Below, in pieces: positions 1 to 12,100 of a DNA stretch of 64,000 bases. The notes under the pieces are model-generated. The model was not told the DNA's origin. It searched no databases and saw only the letters and a program-made list of their open reading frames with translations. The DNA comes from Phallusia mammillata (Eukaryota): NCBI GenBank assembly GCA_965637545.1, contig OZ281499.1:5394001-5458000 (forward strand), read 5' to 3'. Every line of letters begins with the position of its first letter. The first letter of the stretch is position 1. Made by a program: the position numbers and the translations under genes.

Positions 1-3000
1 ATATCATCACATTAAAGGTGAGAAAACAAAACTGGATTTTACATTAGAGCAATGGTCAGCATACTATGGGCTGCAGCACATTTGTGGGCCCTGGCGTATT
101 TTTAGCACTTTCCCTTTTTGGCCGCAACAAGATCTCTGTGTAGAGTAAAAGTACTCAATGCTCATTTTGCGCCATGGTCACAGTTGGAATCTAAAAAATT
201 TGAAATAATTGCTTTATTGGACACAAAAATGGATTGTTTGGTAATAAAGGAATGTATTTGAACAAACAGTGCAACTTTATCAGTACATGTTGTTAAGACT
301 GTTTTAACCAAGATCTAATTGATGATTGCCAAAAAAAGAAACATGTTTTATGTCTATAAAGCTAAATAAAAATTACATCTTCAGTGTACTTCTATTGTGT
401 GGGCCTCCAGGTATTGCAGAAATATATTTTGGACCGTGACAATAACAGTTTGCCAATTACGATTATAAAACACCGAATTTTGTGAATTTGAAATGGTAAC
501 ACGGTTAAAACTTTCCTGTGAATTGTCTTTCCGCAACATACCTCCAAAAAAGTGAAAATAAAGATTTTGATTTGTATAGATTGGACACTGAAGATTATCT
601 GTTGACATTATAATTTAAACAGAAAAAATAGCTTCCTGCAGGCACATAGTAACAACATTTAGGTGTTCAGCAAAGCTAAATACTTCCTAGTGATTAGTTG
701 TTGCTTGGTCGTGGTTTCAGGTCGACTGCTTGCTGCAAAGGTTGTTTGTTATGTTATGAAACTCAAATTGTGTCACCATTTCTCCCTTTATTTTCATCAA
801 TTTTTTATGTGTGTAGTTTTGTTACCTAATTATTGTTCTTGTAACCAAATCACTGAGCTAAATTATTTATGTAAAAAGTCCAAGGTGTGTCACATTTCTG
901 TACCTGTTAACCTCTGTTGACCCTTTCCTTGGACACATTCCTACCTTTTGGCCCCTTTTTAAAGTGACTCATACTTCTACAGATTTGAAAAAAGCACTTT
1001 AGGGCTGGACCCAACCAGCAATTTACCCACATGTACAATAAATCTCTGTTAAAGAGAATTTATTAATCCGGCTCTTTGCCTAATTCAGACAGAACTTGAG
1101 GTACACATGATTTGTAATGCGGTAAGGCTTGAACTAATCGACATCTGTTAATCAGGAATCGCAAAATCCAGACAATTTTTTTGGTTTTAAACAGGTTCGG
1201 ACTACATACCATCAAGCCTGTGTCGCTCATTTAGTCAGTTGGCTGCAACATCTCCTAGTTTTTTGTACCTTAGCTGTAACAACATGTTAACAACTTGGTT
1301 TTCTATTGTTGCAGTTTTCAAACAGCTAGAAACACAAACTAATTTTTTTATATCTTTGTAGGATGTATTTGATGATGGTCAGCATGTTTTTCTCGTCACT
1401 GAGCTGATGAAGGGTGGCGAACTTCTCGACAAAATTCTTCGTCAGAAATTTTTCACTGAGAAGGAAGCAAGTGCCGTGCTGAAGACAGTCACTAAAGTGG
1501 TTGATTATTTGCACAAGAATGGGGTAAGATTTAGTGAAAATCTGTTCAGATGAAACAATCGAAAAGCCATGCAATTTACAATTATAAGTGTGTTATATGT
1601 CAATTACCACCTTTTCATATTAGCAGACTTCATTTATAAAACCATGTCTATTAGGGATGGCCTAAAACAGCAAATGTTCTATTTGGTCGAGCACGGGTGG
1701 TGCAGTTTTGTAGCTTTCAAAGATCCCTTAGAAGTATGTGTTTATCCACCATCTAATGGTCAATTTTGTTTTTGCATAACATTTCGAACACTGGTTTCGT
1801 ATGTTAGCAGGGCATGAATATGCTAATTAAATGCTCGGGTCAGTTCGTACAGCTGCTCGGCTGAGCACCGAGCATAAACAACAGCAATGTTTGCTACTGA
1901 TTACTTGGGTTCTGGCTCGGCTTGGCACATCCTTAATGTCTATAGAACCCTGTCTAGAATTTGCCTAATCTTATATTGGATGAACTAAGTGAGTGATTAT
2001 GAAGTTGAAATGTGTATGACAAGCAAGAAAAGAATAGAATAATTATATTGACGAATATTACGTTTCGGCAAATGCTCATGCCATCATTAGTGAAATGAAG
2101 CGGCCCCATCAGTTACACCCATTAATAACCACTCGGGTCACATAAAAGAATAATAAAAAGTTGTGAAAGAAGCGCCGTGTAAAAAAAAACAGACAAAAAG
2201 GTGTGCATTAGCATTTGCCAAAACAGTTGAAAATAAAGTAGCTCCTTTTTATGTTTATTTGGTTTGTTATATTCATCACTAAACTTATGAACAGATCTGT
2301 GTATAGTATTTCAAAATAATTTTAGCTGCTGGAAAAACTATTTACATTGGTAACATAGTAGAGAAACCTTTTTCACTAATTTAGCAAAAAATCACCACAA
2401 ACTCATTAAACTTTTTCTGACAAATTCTTTAGGTTGTTCATCGTGATTTGAAACCCAGCAATGTGTTGTATGCTGATGAAACTGGTAACCCAGACTCAAT
2501 TCGTGTATGTGACTTTGGTTTCGCCAAGCAACTTCGTCATGACAATGGTTTGCTGATGACTCCGTGTTACACTGCAAACTTTGTAGCCCCAGAGGTCAGT
2601 TGACATTGGATACTTTAATGTACTAAAATGTTTTTACTACGAATGCAGTGGTGGGATTCAAATTTTTGTCAGCTGGTTCTATCACAAAAGTCATATTTTT
2701 TAGCCGGTTTTGTTACAAAAACTCCATTGACAGTAACCAGTAATGCTAACCGGTTCGTTCGCTGATCTCATAAAATTTGGTGGGGCAGTTCTGTGAAACG
2801 GTGTGAACTGGCTGAATCCCACCACTGTGTGTATGCAATTTTAAAGAAAACCATGTGCCTAAAATATCATAATGGGCCTCTTTTGTGCTTTTGAATCATT
2901 AATTTTAATGGACAGTCTTCTGTGGCTTTTATTGGATGACTGAATTTTTTCTTTTTCACTTTATAAAAAAATGGATGAACATGTTTTAGTAAATTTAAGT

Positions 3001-6000
3001 CAAAGCCGCTGTCACCTTTCACATAGAGTTTCCTTTTCTTGTTTTATGTTGTATTCTTTAAATTTGTTGTTTTCATTTATTTACAATTTTTGCAAATACC
3101 CCTATTCGAGTAGTTCATAGAAACTAATTTGTAACTTTTAACTGGTTTTGCTTGAAACTTTTTTAATCACTGTGTTTGAACAATATTTATTCGTTGCTTT
3201 TGAATGCTGTAATCATTGCTGTAAATGCTTTTAATCACTGTTTTAAACATTTTTTTATTCAAACAGTTTTTTTCACTGCCTTAATTTTTGTTAATCCATT
3301 TCTTTCAACTTTTTTTTATCACTGTTTTAGACATGTTTGCTTTATTTTTTATAATTACCTACAAACAGTTTTTTTGTAAATTAACAAAATATTCAAATTT
3401 GTGTAGGTGCTGAAAAAGAAGGGATATGATGAAGCTGTGGACGTGTGGAGCTTAGGTGTTCTACTTTACACAATGTTGGCAGGCTACACACCATTTGCTA
3501 ATGGGCCTGATGATACTCCAACTGATATATTGAAGAGAATTGAAACTGGCAAGTTCAATATGTCAGGAGGAAATTGGAAAAGTGTGTCTGATATTGCCAA
3601 GGTAACGATACAGTTCATGCTGTATTTCAATTTTGGTTGACAATTTTGAGTAAATATTTGAAATCACCCTGGATTTAAGTTTACCCTTTGGGTTTAATGA
3701 GGTTTTTACATGACTTATGTTGGTCCTACTGGATTAAAATTTAGTAGGTTTCATTGCACAATTTTATTCTTACAACTAAATAACCCCCATCAAATATTGT
3801 GCGATATATAAACACAACTGAAATTAACCTAGATAAAAATTTAATCCATGGGGTTTCAATGATGGTTTTACATAACTTATGAGGTTCCTACTCGATAAAA
3901 ATTTGGTAGATTTAATTGCACAATTTTATTCTCAATGACCCTTGTCAAAAATGTATGATAGCTAGCTGATTTTAGCCTGGAAATAAATAGTTTTTAAACT
4001 TGTGTTATATAATATGAAAGGTGGAAATCGTTACAAGAATGGTAACACAACAGGAATAGATTTCCAGAATCAATTTACAAGGATTTTATCATCAATAACT
4101 GTGCTATATTTTGACAAGAACTTTGAAAACAGATTAATTTGAAAATAACTGTCTGAGAAAGCATATGTCATTTTGTCCTGACAATAACCGCAATTGTAGT
4201 AACATCTCCATCAAAATGTATTTACTACATATTGATATGCAAGTTTTTTTTATGTTTTTTGGGAGGTTTTCAGTCTGGTACCAGCAATAAATTGTGTCGC
4301 CAAGGTTTTAGGAGATATTTTACTTTGGTTTGAAAAGGTCTGTTTTGTGTCTGAATTGATAACACATGAAAGGCTGTTTTACCAACGGCAAAACCCCACA
4401 AAGCTGCATGTACTCTATCAGCTAGCCTATTATTGAAGGTAGATTCAATTCCCTTTTGTGAAAAATGGAATAAAATGACAGTGTTTATATGAAAAACATA
4501 GACCAATTGTTACAAGCCATATTTGGTTACATTTTTAGAAACGACTTTATGACGTTTACACTAACAACAATAAAAAACAATTTGTTTTCTGTTTCTTAAT
4601 ACAACACTTTATTTCAATACACATCCAACAAGGTACTAAATCCCCCCACACCTTAAATACCCTAATTGTTATCATAATGATGAAAGTTGTACAACTTACT
4701 ATCATCTAAAATACATATTTTTCTTTGATTACATCTTAAACGAAAGTGAAAAAACATAACAGAAAAATCGTTTTTATAGCTTTGCTACTGCAAGAAAACA
4801 CGTAATGATTGAATTTTTGTGTAAACAGTAAAATTTTTAGTCACCAGAGCAAAGAAGCTCTAGCAGTAATGCTTTATTGAAACACATTTTAATATCCTCC
4901 CCACCATTTTTATTCTATAAGTCAAGAAAAACTAAGAGTTCAAATGCCTCTATGTGCTTTCTTACGTGGGTGTTTGGCGTTTTTTTCTTCGTTTTTTTTT
5001 TGTCAATGAAAGGTGCTTTAAACTTATTCAAACTTACACATATGACGGATAGTCACCTAAAGTTAGTACCTGTGAATTTTGACCCCGGTTAACCCAGCGG
5101 TTCACTCACAGGCCCTCGAAACTTAAAAATTCCATTTTTTCAGGATCTAGTCCGTCGGATGTTGCACGTTGATCCCAATCGTCGTCTCTCCTCTGCTCAA
5201 GTCCTCCTGCATCCTTTCATCGCTCGTCCGGATCAACTTCCGGAGTTTCATCTCAACCAGAGCAAGGATTACAAGTTTGTGAAGGGAGCTATGTCCGCAA
5301 TGTTCAGGTTAGTGCGGTTTACTTTGTCTAAAGTTCAGCTGATTCTATTTGAATAAGAATTAAAGGATGAATTTGCTGTTTTCTACGTTAAAATAATGTC
5401 GGGTAAAACTTTTCGACCCCTACTCGACCTGATTTCAACCAAGAACAAAGCCTTAATATTGCCTTTGCACAATATAGTACTGTTGTTTTAACACACTTGG
5501 CCAAAAGTCAGAGTCCCGAAAAATCTCATTATTTCGATATCGATTTAACAACATTAAAGAACGACTTCGACTCTACAACTGTGGTTGAAATCCGAAAATT
5601 CGCCCAAACATTATAGTTTTCTGTCGATATTTGTTAATCAATTACAGAACAAATGTTAAAGCCAGAATAACTGAACACTTTCTCGCCAAACCTAGAGATA
5701 TTTGCATAAGAACGAATGTTTGATGAAGCTCAAATAAGCAATATTTCAATGCACACAATAAAAGCAGAGAGCAGTAGTTTGTTACGTCACGTGTGTCTGA
5801 CGTCATAGTAGCCCAAGAATTGCTAGAACTCGTAAAGGGAAAAAATAAATTTAACAAGTTTAAATAAATTTAAAAAAATTAGAATTTACAAAATAATTCA
5901 AAGAATAATTACGTCACATGTGTCTGACGTCATAATAGCCCAAGCTTGGTTACGAGTATTTATTTGAAAATGTGGATGCTTGGAAAAATACATCGCTTTC

Positions 6001-6226
6001 AGTTTTGCCTAACGGTTAGGTCCTAACCCAATAGAAGACTTCATCAAATCTGTTCATACTGAAGAGCCCAAAAATATGTCTATTTTTTTGAGAATATAAT
6101 TGAATAAAATTGCTTGATTTATATAGTGCTGCGCGCTCTCACAAGCCGCTCAACCTAAACCCTGTCGGGACATCTCTGCTTGCTCAACGACGTGGGGTCA
6201 AGAAAATCACATCTACCGCTCTTTAA
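1..6226 (+). CDS. RPS6KA: p90 ribosomal S6 kinase (RSK), 3' part with C-terminal kinase domain; 5' end lies outside the window
   Basis: Exons 1-17, 1362-1523, 2433-2594, 3407-3601, 5144-5307 and 6127-6226 have GT/AG sites and consistent phase. They read (N)IITLK|[18 protein letters not shown]..|[34 protein letters not shown]|[17 protein letters not shown]..|[20 protein letters not shown]|[22 protein letters not shown]. The ERK-docking LAQRR motif and C-terminal STAL PDZ motif are diagnostic of RSK. Confidence 0.97.
1652..1935. mobile_element. Non-autonomous hAT MITE (TAGGGATGG TIR family) in an RSK intron
   Basis: Imperfect TIRs TAGGGATGGCCTAA / TTGGCACATCCTTA; perfect 8-bp TSD ATGTCTAT; internal GCTCGG/CCGAGC repeats shared with 8623-9014 in opposite orientation. 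Confidence 0.85.
2646..2827 (+). mobile_element. MITE, CAGTGGTGGGATTCA family, copy 1 (RSK intron)
   Basis: Perfect 15-bp TIR; internal sequence homologous to 10147-10323 and 34568-34755; TSD degenerate. Confidence 0.88.
3690..3932 (+). repeat. Diverged ~160-bp-period duplication in an RSK intron
   Basis: gggttt..tttaca(t)(g/a)acttatg..cctact..aaaattt..ttgcacaattttattct occurs at ~3690-3770 and ~3850-3932. Confidence 0.75.
5780..5944 (+). repeat. Direct repeat carrying paired CRE-like sites in the last RSK intron
   Basis: ttacgtcac(g/a)tgtgtctgacgtcata(g/a)tagcccaag occurs at ~5782 and ~5909. Confidence 0.85.
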
Positions 6227-8256
6227 ACGACACCGTCCAGACACAAGGTCAATACCGGCAGTTTTGACAGCGTGTCCTGTAACGCTGTCAATACCACACA
6301 CGACTTCTCCTCTCGTTGCAAAGATGCGAAAAAAGTGCCATTTGTCATTTGCGACCAATAGTAGAAGATTCTGTGCGACTAAAATGCCTTAATGGATGCG
6401 CTATATGTCCAGTTGCTATAGCGACTGTATTTGTGTTTGAAATTCGTGATTTTGCAGTCTTAAATGCTGGGGTTTGCCTTGCTCAAACGGCGGCCTTATC
6501 ACAATTTTTTTCCGAACGCTTGTTTTGTATTTTTGTTTTCTGCGAGCTCCGACTATGTTCTGTTTTACTCGCAGACATTTGTGTTTTTTCACAAAATATT
6601 AACGCGTTTTTTCCCAAAACAACATTACAGTTTTTTCATGCACCATAACAATTTAAACCAGGCCTTCTCAAACTAAAGTATAGCGCCCTCTTCCGGATAT
6701 TTTGTAACACTTCGTTTGCTATACAAACTTAAACGTAAAATTTAAATATGGGCATTGCTGTAAAAGCTTAAGAGGGTTTGGTTTAAACCACTAACCGCCT
6801 TAATTCCAGTCTAACTAGCTTGATTCTAAATTGCCACTTACAAATGTGTTTTGTATTTTGCTCTAACTAGTTCTTTGTCTATCCTGTATAAAATCGGGCG
6901 CTCTATATAAATGTCTGTGCGTGTGTTTATATATATATCCCTGTTACTAGTTGCTTTAGCTTGCAATCGATCTCTTGTAATGCGCAAACGCTTTTCTAAC
7001 GTTTGAAGGACGAAAAAATGTCATTGACCAATCACGGGCCCTTTCTTGTTCCCATAGCAACCGGCCTTCTAATAATTTGATGCATATTTTTTTTGTGCTG
7101 ACGCAAGTGATTTATGTCCGTTTTCTACGCAATAGGTTGTCCGCAGAACGAATACGTTTTTGTTGTTAAGTTCCTTGAATTGTTACGTAAAAGTGAGTGA
7201 ACCTGAAATGATGTTCACTTTGGCCAATTTATTAATTTTTGTGTAAAAGTAATAATTAGCATTAAAGGGGATTTAAATGTTTGTTTAGGGGGTATTTTCT
7301 GCACATAGTACATTTGCAAAGATTTTGCATTAGGCCCTTTGTTATGTAACAAAGGTAGTTTCGTTTGAACGCGACCAATTATTTTTTCTAGTATGTCATG
7401 ACGTCACTAGTTATGACGTAACGCCTTGCTTTGCACGTGTCGTTGACGATTATGTCGGTCGCCTTTCGCAGAAGTCTCGGCAAACGATTTTGTACATACT
7501 TTTCTGCTTTCCCCAATCCAGTTTCTACAGACATCATTTCGGGATTTCCCCGTTTAACCCACCTGGGGCCGGATTAGCTTAAATATGTGAAACCCTAGAT
7601 ATCAAAATTTGCACCCCAATACATTGTGTGCTCAAGGTTTTTTTTTCATATCTTCCTTTTGGGTCATTATAAGCACTCGCGCCCTTGTAGCCGAAATCTA
7701 CCTTGTCGTGTCTTTACACTGCGCGAATGTCTCATGAGGTAAGTGAATATATACGACAATGTCATTTGTCTTGAAGTTTTTGAATCCAATCGTGTTCTTG
7801 TCTCAGTTTATTCGCCCAAACATTTTTTGTATCGCTCTGCTTATAATTTGTTCCTTGTATAGCGTATAGCGCCCTCGCGTGTGTGACTAACTGCAGAAAT
7901 AATTTCCTATCGTGTCCGCTTAGTGGCGCTCTTTTACAAAACGCCCCGGTACATTGTGGTGGCCTCAAACAAAATTTAAACATTTCTATTTCATCAGCAA
8001 GCCTTGTTCAAGTGCCCTTACTGTTCACTAACAATCTGTTCTGAGTTGTATAGAGCCACGCCTTCGACACACCCCCTCGCGGAGATCGCTGATTGGTCGA
8101 GGGGACGAGAGGCGTGTTTAGAGATTACGAAGATTGCATTTAATTATATGCAGCAAATAAAATCCTTCTTTCACACTGAGTTTGTGTATTTCTGCATTTA
8201 CTTTGTGTGCTGCGAAACTGATATGTACAGCATATGAGGAAAGCAATGGTGCTTGT

Positions 8257-8455
8257 GATTTGACTTTCGACGGGTTCACCGCTTAGCCTGTGTAGCTCAG
8301 TTGGTAGAGCGCGAGTCCCGGAAAGACTCCTGTCGTGAGTTCGAATCACATCCCAGATTAGATTTTTCTAGCCTACACCTTGCGATATGGTAAGTGCTTG
8401 GTGTCCGGCTGATTCGGTATGGCGCCTATAGGCCTGGCGTAAAGTGATCTGCCTT
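8257..8455 (+). mobile_element. tRNA-derived SINE-like element, family 1
   Basis: A box TAGCTCAGTTGGTAGAGC and B box GAGTTCGAATC; 3' body (..GGTGTCCGGCTGATTCGGT..) shared with the other copies. Confidence 0.8.
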
Positions 8456-8622
8456 TTAGAAGTGGATTTAGATTTATTGATTTGCCAAGTTTCAACCTGA
8501 GCTTAACTGAAAACAATTCAAATCACGACAATTTACTGGAAAGAAACGTACTTTTCAATTGGATGGACGACAAGATAAGGATAAACAATAGACAATAGTA
8601 CAAAATAGTTGGTACAGCTGAC

Positions 8623-9014
8623 TAGGGATGGGCCAAGCCGAGCCAGAACCCGAGTACTCGGTACCGAGCATTACTGTTTTTTATGCTCGGTACTCGGCCG
8701 AGCGGTTGAACAAACTGACCCGAGCACCAAATTTGCATATTCATGCTAACATACGAATATTTTTTCTATGAAAGGGTATACAAGAACAAAAATGACGGTT
8801 TATTTAAATGCGTTATGGTTGTAAAAAACGTATACTACTAGGGCCTGTACACCACTGGTGACGTAAGCGACCCTGTGATGCTAAAACTTGCTTGGAATAA
8901 GGAATGTTTGTGACGTCATAATGCACCCGAGCGTGCTTGGCCGAGCACCGAGCATTAACGTGAGATGCTCGGTACTCGACCAAACAGAACACTTGCTGTT
9001 TTGGCCCATCCCTA
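8623..9014. mobile_element. Non-autonomous hAT MITE (TAGGGATGGGCCAA TIR)
   Basis: Perfect 14-bp TIR and perfect 8-bp TSD CAGCTGAC (8615-8622 / 9015-9022). Confidence 0.92.
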
Positions 9015-9191
9015 CAGCTGACATTTGTTCTAAGAAGACACAAATTTGTTCGAAGAACAACAACAGAATATTAGCACATATACAGTATAGAGATTAACCC
9101 ATGCATAAACATATGAGGTGCAAAAACGGTGAAAGAAATGCTGATGTTGGCCATCGTATTGTTAAATAAGTGCCATTTTTCTCTGTCATTG

Positions 9192-12100
9192 TTACTGGAC
9201 GACAGATAGCATTTCAAGTTCGGCTTCAGAATGTATGCGAATTTTCTTCTCCCGTTCCACTTCGCTAATTTCGTCAACATCGCTGGAGAAACTTTGACGT
9301 CTTAACTAGAGGAACATAAAATAAAATTAGTTTTTTTTGTAACTGAAGAGCGCTTTGCTTGTGTTTGCGTTCTTCAATACTCAATTTGTTTATTTTTTCC
9401 CCGTTAATATTCTAACTTATTTGAATAAGAAACCATAGGTTATATTTTAACAAAACGACGTGAACTGAGGGTGCTACTTAGGCGAAATATATATTTCAAT
9501 TATCTATATATGGACTGGTTCTGTTTTTGGACACGATTTTTCATACTCAGTCATTTAGTTTTATAATTGCCTTCACCAGTGCCATAAATACAAGTTGTCT
9601 GATTTATTTGTTGAAGCACTTTCTGGTGAGCTCCTGCCACATAACGCTTTATAATACAGTGTAGCTGCAGCGCGTTTAATCATGATTCCCAATTGTGCCC
9701 TCCACTTTCTTGCGCCCAATAACATCTTAACGTTGCCCAGCTATTTCCGGCTTTGTGATTGTCCAGTGTAATCGTGTCGCTATGTGTTCTTTCACCAGGC
9801 GAAATAAACTCAACTTAACTGAACTCAAGCGTGCAGGGTCTTATTTTTGTGCATAAATATTTCCACACCATTTTTAAAACGCTTCGATAGGTTGAAAATG
9901 TTACAAATTAAAATGCAAAAAATAAAATCAATCTCACTTTGTAAAGACTTTCCCCTTTCATCCGCGCTGAAATGACAAGATAAATCGCGTATCCAGGAAT
10001 AAACAAAACAGAGCTTAGCGCCACCATGTGACAGAGAAGTTGTCCCCACACCGGGTACGTATATTTACCGTAAGCAAACGGTTTTTGTTTCACCAAAAGG
10101 TATAAAGCCATGATCTGAAAACAAAATAAAGTTATTGGCATATAAGCAGTGGTGAGATTCAAATTTTTGTCAGCCGGTTTATCACAAAAGTCATATTTTT
10201 CATCCGTTTCTGTTACAAAAAGTCATTGACGTTCCCCAGTAATGCTAACCGGTTTGCTGATCTAATAAAATTTCATGAGACGGTTCTATAGAACCGGTGC
10301 GAACCGGCTAAATCCCACCACTCCATATATTAGTAGCTAAAATCCTGCAATCAACTTTCGTTTGTGTGAAATACACATTTAGGCTTAAGGACCGCGAGCC
10401 CTCGAAATAGTGGCGAAGGGACCGTTTTGAAAAAGAAAAAGTTTGGGAACCACTGATATAAAGGATGAGTGCAAATGTTTCTTAACAGTTTAATTGCGGA
10501 TTCCTGCATTAAGTTTAAAGCAAAATATACTGCGAAAAAAGTTTATGACACAAAAAAACACATGAAATATCCGCCCACACGCAGTTTATAATTACTTTCA
10601 AATGTTTTCCCTTTGGTTTTGTGCGTTAAATTAAATTATTTTACTAAATTAGGATTGCTTTTTGCGCTGAATTGAAGTATTTCACTAAATTAGGACTATA
10701 CTACAGGAGTTTTTGCTTAATCGTCTGATGTTATGTGCAACATTTTTGTTATTTGTTCGGAACATGGCAATGATGAGATAAGAAAAGTGTAAGGCTTACT
10801 TCGGTAAATCTGTACCTAGAACTGCACTGAGCCATGAAAAGCAAAACAAATGTTATTTACTTATAATCTACCATCTGCGAATTTTAACTGTAAGTTATAA
10901 CTTAGTACTACAGAATCAAAGGATATAATCGAAGAGGTCTTTTGTACCTAAAATGGGTCTTCCATTCAAAAACAATACTTTTAACCATTCCCATTAATAA
11001 GTTAGGTAATTAAAACAACTTGAAAAAAGTCTGTTTAAATTTACATCATTTTCTCTTAAGCAATCCGACTTTAAAATATTTTTTGGAGCACGCATTTTAA
11101 TTACCTAATTTTTTTAATCTGATTGGATCGCTTTAGTAAAAGGTGGCCAACCCCTTTCTAAATTACTCAAAAATGCCTTAAATGCCTTAAATAACCCTAA
11201 AATTTGCTGGTTTTACTTACAGAGCAAGTAATAGGGGCGATAAACTTCCAGGACGTTTTAAGCCACAATTTTCCTCTTCTCCTTCCGATCATTAGTTCTA
11301 TTTCTTCCCAGTAGTTATCGAAGCCGAAAAACCAACCAATTGCCACAAATTCACACGTAACTGTTGTAAAAACGCTCCATCCAGACATTCCGTAATTATT
11401 TAAGATCTCAAAAACGTAAACACCTCCCTGTAAAATAAATCATTTCAAACTATTCTATTTGAATAAGAACTATAGTGATATCATTATAGTGGCGAAATCA
11501 ATATTATATTTTACTACTGTGCATTAGGCTACCAACAAAGCAAACTAGTTTAAGTATAAGTTCAAACTAAAAACAAAGGTTTTCATCAATACTGGCTAAA
11601 ACAGTGACTTTAAAGTAAAGTTAAGAAGAATGCATTTTAATTGGTGAAAAAAAAGTTGAGCAGAATTTGCTTGGGTCCATTACCAAGACAAAATTGGGTT
11701 GCGCATCGTTATAATGTTATGAAGAATACAATAGTGAAAAGCACGCTTGATGAATAGGAGTTTAGCATTCTGCAACTACCCCGTTATTACAGGATAACTT
11801 TACATCCATATAGGTGCGTTTTGTCACATATGCTGTAATATATATATTCATAACAAAGATTGTTTTAGAAATTTATGGAATATATGCTTAAGTATTGTGG
11901 TCGTCATGTTCTTTTGATTAAACTTTTCGTATTGGATTAGCATAGGTGTGGTCCATTGAAATACCAACATTCACAAATGGCATAAAAACACGAATTTATA
12001 AATACCTCGTCTACCATCGAAAGGCAGATAAGAAACAGAAAAGCGTAGACCACTGCTCTCGTTGTTTTATCCCATACTCTTAGCGTGGTGAAATTGTCGT

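Noticed and set aside
1326-1574. Minus-strand ORFs over RSK exons (also 2392-2577, 6155-6358)
   Set aside because: They are shadow frames of the plus-strand kinase exons.
3150-3375. T-rich low-complexity stretch with repeated ttttaatcactg and a 67-aa hydrophobic ORF
   Set aside because: It is intronic low-complexity sequence, and the ORF composition simply reflects T-richness.
8286-8360. Functional tRNA gene (apparent GGA anticodon)
   Set aside because: The D arm is good but the acceptor stem does not pair and the T stem is short. The sequence continues into a body shared with other dispersed copies, so it is treated as a SINE head.
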